A stretch of 64,000 nt of DNA from assembly GCF_030028105.1 (NCBI RefSeq), contig NC_092377.1, positions 96,974,865-97,038,864 of the forward strand, given 5' to 3'. Each line of letters begins with the position of its first letter. Position 1 is the stretch's first letter. The notes under the pieces were generated by a model that was given only the letters and a program-made list of their open reading frames with translations, was not told where the DNA came from and ran no database searches. The translations under genes and the position numbers were made by a program. Source of the stretch: Mobula birostris (taxonomy: Eukaryota). This document shows, piece after piece, positions 38,451 to 50,379 of the stretch.

Positions 38451-40083
38451 CAATGTTCCCTCTAATTTTTAGTAGTCAGTGTGCGCAAAAATATTATGTT
38501 GTGCAAATTTTTTTCCTGTGACAAAAGTATGTGCGCACTGAATGCACACATGGCACAGTTTATGTAGGTTTACAAAATATTTGACATAAAACTGCACAGA
38601 ATAACAACAAAATAACATACATATTTAAGTCACTCAGTTATTTTTTCTCTCTCCTGTCTTTGGCATTTACCCATTCTTTGTAAACTATATCTCGACGAAT
38701 AGAACTTCCATCCAATTGATAGCTTTTGATTCTCATTAACATATCCAAATGACAATCACCTAAAACAGTGGTCCCCAACCTCCGGGCCGCGGACCGACAC
38801 ATTGCTGCGAAGAACCCGATATTTACGTGCCAGGCAGCACCTAATTAATTAGCTTGTTTATTTCGGCTTTTTTCTTAAAGATGTGCTGGGTGCATTCCGA
38901 CTACCGCTGCACCACTGCATTCTTTGTGGCTTTGTAATGGTCCACAGCCCGGAGGTTGGAGACCACGGACCTAAACGGTTTCTCAGCTTGTTTTTGAGCT
39001 GATTCATTAGGCTAAAACTTCGCTCACAGTCCGCACTAGATGCAAGAAAGGTTCCCCCAATGTCCATCAACTGTGCAAGGTTGCAAAACTGTTCATTTTG
39101 AAGTACAAATGCCACCAATTGAGCAAAGTTTGAAATCGGCTTGGATTTAATTTTTTCTTGCACAGAAAATTTGAAATCATTAAACTGTCTAGCTATTACA
39201 ATATTTTCAGCTAGAAAATCATGATATTTCAGACATAAGGCATTAACTTGTTCATCGCCTAGTGTGAAGTCACAATCTGCAATTGCGGAGAAATCAAAAG
39301 CTGACCATTCTTGTACCTTAACTTTGATCTCCTCTGGGTTTGATCGTTTTCGCTCTCGCTCATCTGCACTCAACCGTAACATACATAGCACTCCTCCAAC
39401 GGGTAATGACGGGTTCTGTTGCCTGAGCTTTTGTACACTGTCCAAGTGCGATTTACTTGCCAAATGACACTTCAAAAAGTCAAGTTTCTAAATATCATCC
39501 CACATCTTTCCACTAGCAAATTCTCCAGCAACTTTCGCATCACGACAATACAAACAGATAACTCCAGTTTCCAAATCATACATAAATATTTCTCGTAGCT
39601 GAATGTTCATGACGTCATGAGCTTTTGGTGTAACAGGTTCTATTATTTTGTTAAGCCATTCAACTTTAATCAAATTTGCAGTTCTTTTGCGCTTCACACC
39701 CTTCGCTTCTTTTGAATTCGACATAGTGAATCAATATTTTTTCCAATAAAAACTTAGTAAGCTACCTACAGGATTTGAAACAGATCTTTTTAAACTTTAC
39801 GATATGAACACTGTCTGTCAAAGATGGCTGCCGCCGTGATGCAGTTGTACAAACCAGAACAGGAAAGGTGAGGTGACGTAAATTAGTGACGTGCATTGTG
39901 GTATTTGAAAAACCGACTACCTAGTTAACAGAAACTGTTAGGTAAAAGATCATTTTCAATATGTATAATTATTAATTACCACATTATTTTAGGTAACTAA
40001 CCTTTTGGGCACACATTAATTTCCTTTGTGTGCTGGCTAAAAAACGTGCGCGCGCACACGCGCTCAGCTTAGAGGGAACTATG
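38451..40083 (-). mobile_element. hAT DNA transposon with an internally deleted ZNF862-like transposase
   Basis: TIRs caatgttccctctaa and ttagagggaactatg; TSD CCGGCAGC/CTGGCAGT. ORF from 39724: Zn-finger-like GVICLYC...HLASKSH joined to the C-terminal LASSADCERSFSLMNQLKNKLRNRL; in-frame stop at 39488. Confidence 0.88.
38766..38968. mobile_element. hAT-Charlie-type MITE inserted in the hAT transposase 3' end
   Basis: TIRs cagtggtccccaacctccggg and cccggaggttggagaccacgg; TSD ACCTAAAA (38758-38765) / ACCTAAAC (38969-38976). Confidence 0.9.
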
Positions 40084-40889
40084 CTGGCAGTCCATTCCAC
40101 GCACTCACCACTCTCCGCGTTAAAAAAGCTTAACCCTGACCTCTCCTCTGTACCTACTTCCAAGCACCTTAAAACTGTGCCCTCTCTTGCTAGCCTTTTC
40201 AGCCCTGGGAAAAAGCCTCTGACTATCCACATGATCAATGCCTCTCATCATCTTATACACCTCTATCAGGTCACCTCATATCCTCCTTCGCTCCAAGGAA
40301 AAAAAGGCTGAGAATTCATCTGCATCAAGTTCTTTTGACTGTAAATGAGCAACCTAGTGCAAATAATGAGCTGCCTTCATATAACGCTGTTGACAAAAGA
40401 ATCCTCCAAGTCTTAGTTTTCCTTGCAATATTCAAGATGATTGCCGATACTTTCAGATCCTTCATCATTCCTAACTTTTTGAAGTAGTGAAATTATTTCA
40501 TTTTCACTCCCGGCCATTTCTGGCATCTCTAAGCCTGATTGCTTGAAACCACAATGAGCAAAACAGACAGTATTATCTTACTGCTCATCTCTTACCAACT
40601 ATCAATGAGAAAAATCACTGCTGCTTGAACATAAAGACATGTAAATGATGCTATTTAAAAACTGTTCACTTGAAGCACGGGTTGTGTCTAATGTCCACAC
40701 AAATGCACTCAAGTGATGCTAGTTAGAAAAAGTTCAGCAACAGTCTCATGCCCCAATTAGGAGGCCCAACGTCCAAATTAAACTAAGGGAACCCCAGTTA
40801 TTTTCTAGATTAGTTTTTGTCCTTTAGGGATTGTCCCAAATAAGCGGCTACCCCAATTAACCAGAATCCACCTTATTTGCAAATGACAT

Positions 40890-41513
40890 AAGACTCCATC
40901 TCGGCCCATCGAGCCCATGCCAGCTCCTAAAGTAATTCCTTTCCCATCTATATTTGGAACCCATCCACCTAAACTGAGAGTGAAGTTGGATCGATTGAAG
41001 CACTGGACTGATTTGGAAAGGTCAGATATGTGCTGGAACATGATGGCAGGGTCCAGGCCCAGAGCATATCGAAGCAACAGGACCCGGGTCCTAGTGTGAG
41101 GGATGACCCAGTGTCACTGGGCCAGATGGACTGAAAAGGCAGGGTGTTAGGACCGGAGGCAAGGGCTGGGCCAGTTTTGCTCTCTGCTCCGCTCTCCATG
41201 GTACTGAGCATGCTCGGAGCTCGTGTCTGCGAGCTTCTTGCCCTGCTGTGATGAACTGAAGCTTAGGCTGTGGGCTGGCTCCGGCTGCTTCAGGCCTCCT
41301 GTCGATGGACTCACCTCAGTTCTGAATGCTGTGGCTTGCATTTATTGTTTGCATGATTTGTGTTTTTTTCTCTCTTTGTGCATTTGGTGTTTGTTAGTCT
41401 TTTTTTAAATGGCTTCTTTCAGGTTTCTTGTTCTGTGGCTGCCCATAAACAGACGAATCTCAAGATTGTATGATTTATACAGACTTTGATAACAAAAGTA
41501 CTTTGAACTTTGA
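40890..41513 (+). mobile_element. GC-rich unclassified retroposon with a (TTTGAAC)n-like tail
   Basis: GC-rich body followed by a T-rich UTR and ...aaaagtactttgaactttga. Confidence 0.5.
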
Positions 41514-42459
41514 AATGAAATATAGCCCCTGGAGTGCCTTCTTCATAATTGCATCAATATTGACACCAAGAGCTTGAAGCTGCATACTGGATTGTAATAA
41601 TTAATGATGCACTATATGTTTATTTCATGAACTTTAAATTATTTCAGTATCTAAAGATAAACATTCTAGCTGAAACATTATGTTCAAAAAGAGTAGTCTG
41701 TATGACAAATATCAATTCCTCATCTTTTAAATATCTGACAGAAGTGGAGTCCAGGCTTTCTATTATAATACCTTACAAGAGCAGTATCATGCATTACAAA
41801 CTTAACTGAATTACAGAGTACAATTTACAGTATCAACATGCCATACTGCAGCCAGATTCCTCACTCTAGTGCAACTATACTTGAAGGAATTTGGCAGTTA
41901 GCCCTTGTACGTTTCTTATTAATAGTCATCATGTGCATGGAATTAATTAAAATAACTAAGTACAGTAGCTCCATATAGATCAGTAATAGAATTTATTTTT
42001 CTCCCTAACAAGGTCAGTATTTTCTGAAATATAACCCAAGACATTAAATGAAGACAGAAAACTACAGTTACTAAAAGCATTAAGCTGTCATTGGCCAACC
42101 TACATACACCTATCTTGCCCAGACCAGGCTTTGTTTTCATGTAAGTAAATCCAGAAGATGATTCCTTTAGTTTAAGAGCACCAGCTATTTAAAAGCTTCT
42201 GGCAATGTTATATAGTTTTCTTCATTCTCTTTATTACTTGCACAAAGCCTATTTCAAAACATGATTCAAAATATGGTCAGACAATCATCAATTGATTTAG
42301 TTCTTCCGGGAATGATTCATTCAAAACAGTTGCTCAGAAAAATAAATGCAAGGAGAAATAAGTTTATATTTAAATTTAACTTTGTCCTTTTCTAGAGAAA
42401 ATAGAAAAGATAGACATAGGACCGTACAGCTCTAGGACAGGTCTTCTTGCCCACAATAT

Positions 42460-42730
42460 TTATTTATTTAGAGATACTGCGTGGAACAGGCCCTTATGGC
42501 CCAAGGAACACCACCACCACAATTGATCTATTTAACACTAGTCTAATCACATGACAATTTACAATAACCAATTAACATGCTAAAGGTATGTCTTTGGACT
42601 GTGGGAGCAAACCAGAGCACTTGGAGAAAACCCAATGTGGTTCACAGGAAGAACAGATGGCACGAATTGAAATCCAAACTAGGGAATGCCCCGAGTTGAA
42701 TAGCTTCGCACTAACTGCTACGTCACCATG
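42460..42730 (-). mobile_element. V-SINE/HE1-like SINE
   Basis: gtatgtctttggactgtgggagcaaaccagagcacttggagaaaaccc...ggttcacaggaagaac...gaattgaa. Confidence 0.65.
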
Positions 42731-44417
42731 GTATCCATGATGCAATCCTTGCGACAACCATGATGCCAAGTCAAACTAAACCATCTACAAAACAGCTAAT
42801 ATTCCTCCATTCCCTGCCTGTTCATGTGCCTGTCTCAATGCCTGTTAACATTACTATTGTATCTGCTTCCACCACCTCTGCTGATGCAATTTCCAGACAT
42901 TGACATACAATGCTCCATGTAAAACTAAACTTGCATCATAATCTTATTTAAACTTCTCCCTCCCACCTTAAAGCTGATTCCTGTGGTATTTGACATTCCC
43001 AGGCTCTGATTATCTACCCTATCAATGCTTCTAATATATCAGGTTACCCCTCAGCCTGCAATGCAAATTTGTCCAGTGTCTCCTTATAAGAAATACCAGT
43101 ATGAATTTAGGAGAAAAATCCATACCCAAAAACTAGAAACTACATGGACTGGTCAAGTGAATAAGATTTAAGGGGGACGCTGATACGTACACAAAGGAAA
43201 AAGAAATAAAATGGTGAGCTGATGGAGACTGCGCCTGTCTGTAAATGGAGTAGCAGCAGTTTTTGTGCTGCTCCCAGTTTTGTTCCCTTTCCCCTAGTTT
43301 AAACTTCGAATTTAAAATTTTTATTTGCTGATTCTTGAAGGGGAACAATATGTCTATACCTACGAGGAGTGGGAAAAACTTGTCTGATCCTAGTGATAAA
43401 ACTAATGGGAAAGGAAAGATGGGAAAGGAAAGATGCAAAAGGAAAGATCTGATGAAATGCCACCATGGGCTGAAGATATGGTTCAGACACTGAATTCAAT
43501 TAAAGATCAGAATGGGTCAATTGAAGACCAACTGGAAAAGAATAGTAATGAAATGAAGTTATTTCTGGGAAAACCTAAAGACCTGGAAACTCAAGTTATT
43601 ACACACGAAGAGGAATCGAAGATAACTAAGCAAAAATTGTTTGAAACTACAACTTGTTTGGAAAGATATCAAAATAAGATTATAGACCTGGAAACTAGGT
43701 CTCGCCGAAGGAACATATGAATTGTTAGGCTGCAAGAAGGAGCCGAAGATGGAGATTTAACTGCTTACTTTGGTAAGCTTTTTCATACCTTATTTCCTAC
43801 CATATTATCACTGCCACCTACTATAGAAAGAGCACACAGAGCTTTTACTTCGAAATCTAAAGATCCAAATAAACCAAGGTCTGTTTTAGTTTGTTTTCAT
43901 CACTTTAAAATTAAAGATCAAATAATGCGACAGGCAAGAAAACAGACGTGTGCTCCGCTTTTATGAGGATTATCTGAAAGAGGTAATGGAACAAAGATCA
44001 AAATTTGCTCTGGTAATGAAACAGGCATATGATAAGAAACTGTTCCCTTCCTTGCGTTACCCAACAAGAATTAAAGTTTTTCCTCCTAATTTTCCTCCTC
44101 GTACATTTTTTTCATCCTAAAGTTGCACTGGCGTTCGTTCAAACTATACCTGCTGCAGCTGCCGAATGAACTGTCTTGGAAGGCTGCTTGGTTATCTGTA
44201 TATTATTGGCATTTTGGAAAGAAGATTTACAATGATTACTTGGACATTTCATTGCGAGACTATTAAAAGAAAATAAGGGGATTTGTTCATTATTGCATAG
44301 CATTGGTTTTTTTGGAAAGAAGATCTATGGTTCAAGTATGACTGTTTAATTGGTTATTTGGATATTCGACTAAGAAAAGGAAGGTAAAGGGACTTGTTTC
44401 TTTAACCCAATATCTGG

Positions 44418-45680
44418 TTTGATTCTCACAGCTATCTGGACTATTCCTCTTCTCACCCTGTCTCTTGCAAAAACGCCATCCCCTTCTCGCAATTCCTCCG
44501 TCTCCGCCACATCTGCTCTCAGGATGAGGCTTTTCATTCTAGGACGAGGGAGATGTCTTCCTTTTTTAAAGAAAGGGGCTTCCCTTCCTCCACTATCAAC
44601 TCTGCTCTTAAACGCATCTCCCCCATTTCACGTACATCTGCTCTCAATCCATCCTCCCGCCACCCCACTAGGAATAGGGTTCCCCTGGTCCTCACCTACC
44701 ACCCCACCAGCCTCCAGGTCCAACATATTATTCTCCGTAACTTCCGCCACCTCCAATGGGATCCCACCACTACGCACATCTTTCCCTCCCCGCCTCTCCC
44801 TGCATTCCGCAGGGATCGCTCCCTACGCAACTCCCTTGTCCATTCGTCCCCCCCATCCCTCCCCACTGATCTCCCTCCTGGCACTTATCCCTGTAAGCGG
44901 AACAAGTGCTACACATGCCCTTACACTTCCTCCCTTACCACCATTCAGGGCCCCAAACAGTCCTTCCAGGTGAGGCAACACTTCACCTGTGAGTCGACTG
45001 GGGTGATATACTGCGTCCGGTGCTCCCGATGTGGCCTTCTATATATTGGCGAGACCCGACGCAGACTGGGAGACCGCTTTGCTGAACATCTACGCTCTGT
45101 CCGCCAGAGAAAGCAGGATCTCCCAGTGGCCACACATTTTAATTCCACATCCCATTCCCATTCTGACATGTCTATCCACGGCCTCCTCTACTGTAAAGAT
45201 GAAGCCACACTCAGGTTGGAGGAACAACACCTTATATTCCGTCTGGGTAGCCTCCAACCTGATGGCATGAACATCGACTTCTCTAACTTCAGCTAAGGCC
45301 CCACCTCCCCTCGTACCCCATCTGTTACTTATTTTTATGCACACATTCTTTCTCTCACTCTCCTCTTTCTCCCTCTGTCCCTCTGAATATACCTCTTGCC
45401 CATCCTCTGGGTAGCCCCCCCCCCCATCTTTCTTCCCGGACCTCCTGTCCCATGATCCTCTTGTATCCCCTTTTGCCTATCACCTGTCCAGTTCTTGGCT
45501 CTATCCCTCCCCCTCCTGTCTTCTCCTATCATTTTGGATCTCCCCCTCCCTCTCCAACTTTCATATCCCTTACTCACTCTTCCTTCAGTTAGTCCTGACC
45601 TGAAACGTCAACTGCAACCTCTTCCTACAGATGCTGCCTGGCCTGCTGCGTTCACCAGCAACTTTGATGTGTGTTGCTTG
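44418..45680 (+). mobile_element. Penelope-like element 3' part (RT thumb, Cys linker, GIY-YIG, pLTR) inserted between L1 ORF1 and ORF2
   Basis: ORF 44553-45296 is nearly identical to the C-terminus of 22360-23721; hammerhead with a 13-nt deletion at 45591-45613. Confidence 0.93.
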
Positions 45681-47508
45681 ATTTTTTTTTTTGTTTCTTT
45701 CTTAATTAATTAATTGGTAGTTTTTCCTACTAATGGGGCTATTTTTTATATATATATTTAGAAGAGGGATTAATTACTTATACAATATTACTAGTAGGTA
45801 TTTTTGAAAATTTAGTTGGGTTAAATATGCTAATAACTTTTTTTTGCTTTATTATAGTGTCTTATAACCAAATTTAAAGCTTTTTTTTAGGGATTTAATG
45901 TTGAATCTAAAATGGTGCTGGTTTTTCTTTTTAAGAGATAACATTATTTTGGTTCTTTTTCTTTAAAAAGAAGATTAAATATAAACATGGGATAGTTTGT
46001 AGATGTTGGAATGTAAACACTTTCCTTTGCTGAGACGTTGTTGTTCCTCTTACAAGGTCAGTGGGTTTCATTTTTTTTTTAACCGGGGGAGGGAGAGAGA
46101 ATATCTTTAAATTCTTTTGTACAGGCAGAGCAGTCCCTGGCTTCGTATTCTATCATAGGGTGCCTGCTTTCTTTTGGGCTGTGGGGGGAGGGGGGTGGGG
46201 TTAGAGTTAGGGATTTTTCCCCATTGGGTGGTTCTGGAGCATGCGTGTTTTCTATGTGGTTATGTTCATCGCTGCCATTTTTGATCATCCCATGTGTAAA
46301 GTAGAATAAAATTATAGTATAGTATTTAAACGGATTAATGTAATAAGTTGGAAAGTACGTGATTGGAATCATCCTATCAAATGAAAAAAGACTTTTAAAA
46401 TCATTAACCGATTCCAATCTGATATAATTTTTGCCCAAGAGACACATATCAGGGCGGGAGATCAAAATAGATTTTTTGGATGGTGGAGGGGTTTGAAAAT
46501 TCACTCCACTTCTCAGAGTAAAGCTAAGGGAGTGTCCATCTTTATTAAATCCAATATATTTACTCAAGAGGATATTGAGTCAGATTCTAATGGTAGATTT
46601 TTAATTGTTAAAGGAGTAATCTGTAACAGAAAAGTTGTTTTGGTCAATTTGTACGGTCCTAAATTAGATGATCCTTCCTTTTTTAAATAGGTATTTGCTT
46701 TACTGCCTGATTTAAATGAATATATGTTGATAATGGGTGGGGATTTTAACTGTTGTTTAAATCCTTTGATTGACAAGAGCTCAACCAATCAGCGACTTCC
46801 AAATCGCTCCGTGTCACTTATTAACTCCTTTTTGACCAATTTTGGATTGATTGAATTATGGAGATATTTATACCCTGATAACAGAGAATATTCTTTTTTT
46901 TCCCCTCCACGTTTATAAAAAAAAATTCAAGGATCGATATTATAATCGATCCTCGCTTCTTGCCTAGTGTTAAGAATTGTGAATATGACACTATTGCTAT
47001 ATCTGATCATGCGCCTCTGAGTTTGTCTTTCGAATTTGATTATATCATTCTTGCCCGCCCACCATGGCGCATGTCTCAGACATTATTGCAGAACTCTGAC
47101 TTTGTCAGCTTCATTGAAACACAGATAAAAGATTTTTTTCTTTTTAACGGTATAGGGGGTACGTCTAAATTAATCATATGGGATACATTTAAAGCATTTT
47201 TACGTGGTCAGATTATTTCTTATTCAGCTAAGCTTAAAAAACAGACTAAAGTAGAATTAGATAAGATTTCAAAACAAATTAAAGACTTAGATAATATTTA
47301 TGCAATCTCCCCTAATAATGATTTATTCAAACAAAGGGTGGAACTTCAATCACAATATAATCTATTATTAACTCATCCTATTGAAGGCTACTTGCTTAAG
47401 TTAAAGAGCCAATTTTGTATGTTTGGAGATAAAAATAACAAACTGCTTGCATCTCAATTAAAAATGGCCAGAGCCAAAAGGCAAATTTTGAATATCCATA
47501 GGAAAGAT

Positions 47509-47558
47509 TAGATTAGATTATGAGGACACTCAGTCCTCATTTATTGTCATTTAGAGAT
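47509..47558 (-). mobile_element. ~50-bp extreme 3' end of a retroposon with an (AATCT)n tail, inserted in L1 ORF2
   Basis: tagattagattatgaggacactcagtcctcatttattgtcatttag matches 52130-52180; agat repeated at the borders. Confidence 0.8.
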
Positions 47559-50379
47559 GGTACCCTGGCTTGTGACTATGAAGAAATTAATAAGATTTTT
47601 CAAGATTTTTATACTTAACTTTATAAATCTCAATGTCCAGTAGATTCTTCTAAAATGAATGCTTTCTTACAAAAGATTGTTTTTCCTCAAATTTCTGTTG
47701 AGGATCAAAAAACTCTTGATGCCCAAATTACTGAAGCAAAAATTCATAAAGCTATTTTTTCAATGCAATCTGGTAAGGCCCCTGGACTTGATGGCTATTC
47801 TGTAGAATTTTATAAAAAATTTGGAAAATTGCTTTCTCCGTTTATGTTGGAAATGTTTAAGGATTCTTTTGTGAAGGGTGATTTACCCTCTACTTTTTAT
47901 GAGGCTTCTATTTCTTTAGTTCTTAAAAAGGATAAAGATCCTACTGATTGTGCCTCATATAGACCTATTTAATTATTGAATGTCGATGCTGAGATTCTGT
48001 CAAAGGTAATAGCCAATCGGTTGGAGAATATTTTGGGTAAAATTATTTTTAAAGATCAAACAGGATTTATAAATGGTCATTATTCTTTTTCAAATGTTCA
48101 GAGATTATTTAACATTATACATTCGTCCTCTTTTAAAACTCCACAATGCGTTGTCTCTTTGGATGTTGAAAAAGTGTTCAATCAAGTCGAATGGAAATAT
48201 TTATTTAATGTTTTAGAGAAATTTGGCATTGGTGTTAATTTTAATAATTGGATTAGAATGATATATAAAACCCCACAGGGGACAAGACAAGGTTGTCCAT
48301 TAAGTCTTTTGTTATTTAATTTAATACTAGAACCCCTTACTATTGCTCTTTGTGAAGCTAAAGATATTTATGGGATTTTTGTAAATAAGACCATTCATAA
48401 GATTTCTCTTTACACTGATGATTTACTGGTTTATATATCCAATCCCGAGGAATCTATTCCTGCCTTGCTAAAATTATTTAATGAATTTAGAGATTTTTCA
48501 GGATATAAAATAAATTTTAGTAAAAGTGAACTGTTTCCTTTAAATGAACCTGTTTCAATATATGATAATACTCCTTTCAAAGTCACTAATTCCTTTAGGT
48601 ATTTAGGTGTTATAATCACTAAAAAAATAAGGATCTTTATAAAGCTAATTTTGTTCCCTTGGTAGATTCTATGAAGTTTTTATTTAGTAGATGGAACCCA
48701 TCTACTAAATTTTTATATTTATTTCAGAATATCCCTGTTTTTCTGACTAAGAAGTTTTTTGATCGGATTGATTCTATTATTTTATCTTTTATTTGGAATA
48801 ATAAAAGACCAAGAATTAGAAAATTTTGAAGGTCTCGCTTTGCCTAATTTAAGAATGTATTACTGGGTTGTTAATGCGCCATATATGTTCTTTTGGTTAC
48901 ACTGGATTGATTAGAACGATCGACCAATTTGGGTAGATTTGAAATAGAAAGCTGTGAAACAGTTTTATTTAACCTCGTTACTGGGAGCAGCTTTACCTAT
49001 ACAATTAGCTGAAGTTGCTAATTTAAATTTATACCCTGTGATTAAGCATTCTTTACAAACTTAGCTCCAGTTCCGTAATCTTTTTAATCTTAAAAAATTT
49101 TAACTTTGTAGTTTAATTTATCGAAATTACTTTTTTAAGCCTTCTTTGAGTGATCCCACTTTTTTTACTTTGGAAAAATAAAGGTATTAATTCTTTTATG
49201 TTTTATTTAAAGAAGATAGGCTGATGTCCTTGGAACAATTAGTTGATAAATACTCTCTTTCATACTCACACTTCTTACAATACCTTCAAGTTAGACATTT
49301 CTTACAAAAATATTTAAGTAATTTTCCTTACATATTGGATGCCGACCTGTTAGATACTATTACGAGTATGAACCCTTTGATGAAGGGTTCTACTGGAAGA
49401 ATTTATAATTTATTATTACAATGGGATAAGCATCCTTTATTTAAGATTAAACAAGATTGGGAAAAGGAACTTAATTTGACTTTTATGACGGAGGACTGGA
49501 CGCGGATTCTGAAGCTGGTTAACTCTTCTTCGATCTGTGCTAGTCATTCACTGATTCAACTTAAAATTGTACATCGTTACTATTTCATGAAGGAGAGGTT
49601 GTCTAAAATGTTTCCTAATGTTGATAGTTATTGCGATAGATGTAAGACTGAGACAGCTACACTGACACACGTGTTTTGGTCTTATTCTATACTGGAACAG
49701 TTCTGGAAGTCAGTTTTTTCTACAATTTCTAAAGCACTTAAAATTAATTTACAACCTAACAAATTAACTGTGCTTTTGGAAGAATTCCTCAAAATATCTG
49801 CAGTATCTCTTTGCCTGACCAACATGTTATTGCATTTGTTACAGTGATAGCTAGGAGGGCCAATTTGTTGAAGTGGAAGGATACATCGGCCTCTCATTTT
49901 GTCACAATGGTTCTCTCAAGTGACGCTGTCTTAGTTTGGAGAAAATTAGAAGTCGAACTTTTGAACGTATGTTTGATTTTGAGAAAAGGTGGGTTTCATT
50001 TGCTCGTTACTATTATTTGAGTTAATTGATAGATTTCCTCCACGATCTAATTGTAAATTTTTGGTACATTTTTTTTCTTGCTGGCAGTTTGATGCTTATC
50101 TTTAGAAGCTTTTTGTATGACGCATGGCTCTGGGGTTGAACACCTAATGGTTTTTTTTTCTCACTTTTTCTTGCTTAGTAGGGTTTTTTCCCCTTTTTTT
50201 TTGGTAACCAAAACTTTTTCAATCTTTAAAACAATGTTTTTTTTGAGACATTGTAAGTGTTGCCTACTTCGATGTACTCTTGTTAATTTTGGATAATAAT
50301 AAAAAGATTTGAAAAGAAAGAAAGAAAACTGACACGAATTGAGCTATTTCTGTACCGTAGATGTAATTCTACGTAAAGT

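Larger units (their letters stand above)
38266..40310 (-). mobile_element. CR1-like LINE 3' tail, split by a hAT
   Basis: agaaacatagaaaacctacagcacaat... (same tail at 51805-51930); the halves rejoin as ...cgccggcagc|ccattccacgcactcaccactct...; flanked by agaatt on both sides. Confidence 0.8.
37678..40872. mobile_element. Tigger/pogo-like DNA transposon relic hosting nested insertions
   Basis: Left end caatggatttcagttgggacaca is roughly the inverse of the right end ttgtcccaaat...ccaattaaccagaatccac; internal (c)ccaatta repeats occur at both ends. Confidence 0.55.
43170..50327 (+). mobile_element. Near full-length decayed L1-clade LINE (ORF1 ~43350-44169, ORF2 ~46340-50020, AATAAA and (GAAA)n tail)
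   Basis: ORF1: coiled coil then IIDLETRSRRRNI and IERAHRA. ORF2 endonuclease: GRFLIVKG, VNLYGP, MGGDFNC, ISDHAPL. RT: MQSGKAPGLDG, YRPI, QGTRQGCPLS, SLYTDDLL, FRYLGV. C-terminus: CDRC..THVFWS. Many stops and frameshifts. Confidence 0.92.
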
